From NCBI GenBank assembly GCA_002633005.1, contig NMRA01000029.1, positions 1,088,086 through 1,152,085 of the forward strand: a DNA stretch of 64,000 nucleotides, written 5' to 3'. Under the pieces are notes generated by a model. The model was not told where the DNA came from. It did no database searches and worked only from the letters and a program-made list of their open reading frames with translations. Below, piece by piece: positions 61,616 through 64,000 of this stretch; the first letter of the stretch is position 1; each line of letters starts with the position of its first letter. The position numbers were made by a program, and so were the translations under genes. This DNA is from Phoronis australis. Its lineage: Eukaryota; Animalia; Phoronida.

Positions 61616-64000
61616 TGGTCGAAGTGGTATATGAAAACGGCAGAGTGCAAACAGCATTGCTTTATCAATAATATATTAGAACGATGAGTTTCTGGTAATT
61701 TGTCAAAACCCACTGGAGAGCAGGATTTGAGAATACGGTATGTTAGATACTACCAGAAAGACGTCCCTAATAGTACTACTGGAACATTGACAATGGATAA
61801 ATAATTTTAAACGGCAAGGGCGCGCAGTCATCTATAAATCCCACATACAGAGCAGTAAACTCACAAAATAAAAATATTCAACCTTCGTTATGCTGGACTT
61901 CGGTCACTTTTATGCAGCCCAGTGGATCGAACCACGTCCGTGAGCGTCTTCTATTGATCATGGCAACACGCCCATCACGTTTTCCCCGCCAAATCGTTAT
62001 TAATACCACGGGAAATAACTGGATGAGTTATCACCCGGTCGTTATTTACTGTTGAAAGTTCCATTAAGGGATAAATGATAACATACAACATTAAAAAATA
62101 AGCTAAAACAACTCCTTTTGAGCACTAGGAACAAAACTACATGGTCTCGTTTCTTGTGCGTATCAAGATGTGCGAACAGATGGAATGAGCTCTGAATCAG
62201 GATACCTCTAAAACCTAAGCATGAAAATGTACCCACGGGTGATATTGGTAAAGTATGAATTTCAAAATAATTTTAAAAACCGATACATATTAGGCCTTGC
62301 GCAACACGGCGTCAGCCAACTGTTGCGTTGAATATCAAGAACCTATTGTGCTTCCATGATAGCGTCCGACTTCAGTGGATCTATTCATGTGAAAACGTCC
62401 TCTGAGGTTTCAAAATTCTGGGCAGTGCGATCGCCGGCTTTCTGACTATCGGCCTCCAGCCCATACTAGAGACTTCGAAATAGACAACATTCACGAGAAA
62501 GTGTTCTTGTAACGCAGCGTTGAACGTTGCCTCCGTTCGCAAAACCGACATTGCTTATCCTTACCCGGAATGTAGGCTACAAACAGTGAAATACTGACTG
62601 GAACATCTGAAGTCTTCTGATTTTCTTTGACACAGTGACAGTATTAGAAAGTTATAGATTCATGTACTGTGGTTTCTGATTTTATCTAGCCACATCAATG
62701 AACGAATACCATGAAAAATAATTCCCTTATTTTCCCGATAATGAGTGACTGACGTAACTCACTTGAAGGTATTCCAATGACGGAGAACACGATTTACAGA
62801 TCACTTCCTGAAACCGCGTTGTGGTGAGCTGGTAGAATTACATAAGAACAAATAGAACAAACTGTGTATTACATAATGCCAGCACTAATCCTGAGATCTG
62901 AGTGAACATACTGAAATAACGAGACCAGCCTTCCGGAGACGCGAGGACTTGGCGAAAACGCAAGACCTCGTCAGATTTCGCCATGTAGTACAAGCGAGAC
63001 AGGTGATGACACTAGTTTCCTTCGCAAGATTCTTATTTACATCTAGCTCAATCCGGGACTAAAATTCAGGGAAATTCATAAGATATTGGAGAAGGAAATC
63101 CTTAGTTTTCGCATTTGATGAAGGCAATTGATAACCCGTATAAGGCAGTGTGGTATCCTATCATATTTTGTCCTTCTTGAGGCAGCAACGATGTCGTTTT
63201 CGCCTCTCTCATGTCAACAAACCTACTCATGTTTAGCAGAAACGAAACAGAATTGATCTGAAAGCGGTGAGTGCAATTCAGACATTGATTTTGTCATTAC
63301 AAATATAAAATCCGCTATCAAGATAACACGTTAAATTTGGTTCCGCATACAATAGACCTTTAAGTTTTGCGTGCAGCTGAAAATACATGGGCCCTACACC
63401 AGAACTAAGTCCGGTAGGAAATTTCGTTCTACAGGGCGACGTGTTGGCTAAACCGTGTGGGAATCTATACCCAGTCGCTAGCACATTATACATACCTTCA
63501 CCGTCAAAACAAGAAAACTCTGCGATATTCCAGCAGGCCAGTAAGGTAATTGAATGAAATGTGTACCCCACTGCACCCTTCAGGAAGGATTCCGTGTTTA
63601 CATCAACTCGGCTAAGTCGTTGAATGCCCAAAGAAAGTTCCTTAAAATTATATAACTCGTCGGATCAACAGGGAGGCTCCCATGGTAAATAGGAAATTTG
63701 GACACGCGCTTTTCAAGTATGTTCTTTCCTGCATCATGACAAACGACAACAAGCTACTAGCGACTTAAATGAAGGCAATAAATAAGGTTTTATTTTGAAC
63801 ATTTTTTCTGGCGGTTTATGCTCTAAATGTAAAGGAAATGAAATTCTCTTCGTGTTTCCCAATTTACCTGGGGCTCGAAAGGCACAGGTAAGCCTTGTTA
63901 CGTAATAAATAATTACACAAATGTTACATAACTTCTTACACTTCAGGCAATCTACCGTCACGCAAAGGGCTGTGAATGCCTCCAGGACAACTCGTTTGAA

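Larger units (their letters stand above)
59952..63931. promoter_or_regulatory. Cluster of D-box (PAR/E4BP4 bZIP) motifs TTAYGTAA on either strand
   Basis: Cores at 59952, 60408, 60586, 61063, 62838, 62869, 63898, 63924; TTGCGCAA at 60011, 60392, 62297. Confidence 0.55.

Overview
Eukaryotic (animal) genomic DNA, AT-rich and transposon-dense, probably from a marine invertebrate deuterostome (inferred from gene content). The draft assembly has single-N joins at 1095, 4814, 28811 and 52329 and N gaps at 11647-11863 and 12597-12923. I can build four spliced genes by hand. (1) GPKOW (G-patch + KOW splicing factor), minus strand, 11 coding exons 20701->1316, about 500 aa, with one GC-AG intron and one exon present twice. 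(2,3) A tandem pair of 3-exon Rieske non-heme iron oxygenase (choline monooxygenase-like) genes, plus strand, 421 aa each, head-to-head with GPKOW. (4) An NFIL3/vrille/PAR-family bZIP gene, minus strand, 302 aa, with MITE-borne E-boxes and a dense upstream D-box cluster. The rest is mobile DNA: Kolobok-type (TTAA), Harbinger-type, hAT-type and Academ-type DNA elements, Helentron-associated HINE/DINE-like elements, a Tx1/L1 LINE remnant and MITEs. No CRISPR, rRNA or intact tRNA genes were seen. All calls come from reading the sequence and recalled motifs; no searches were run.
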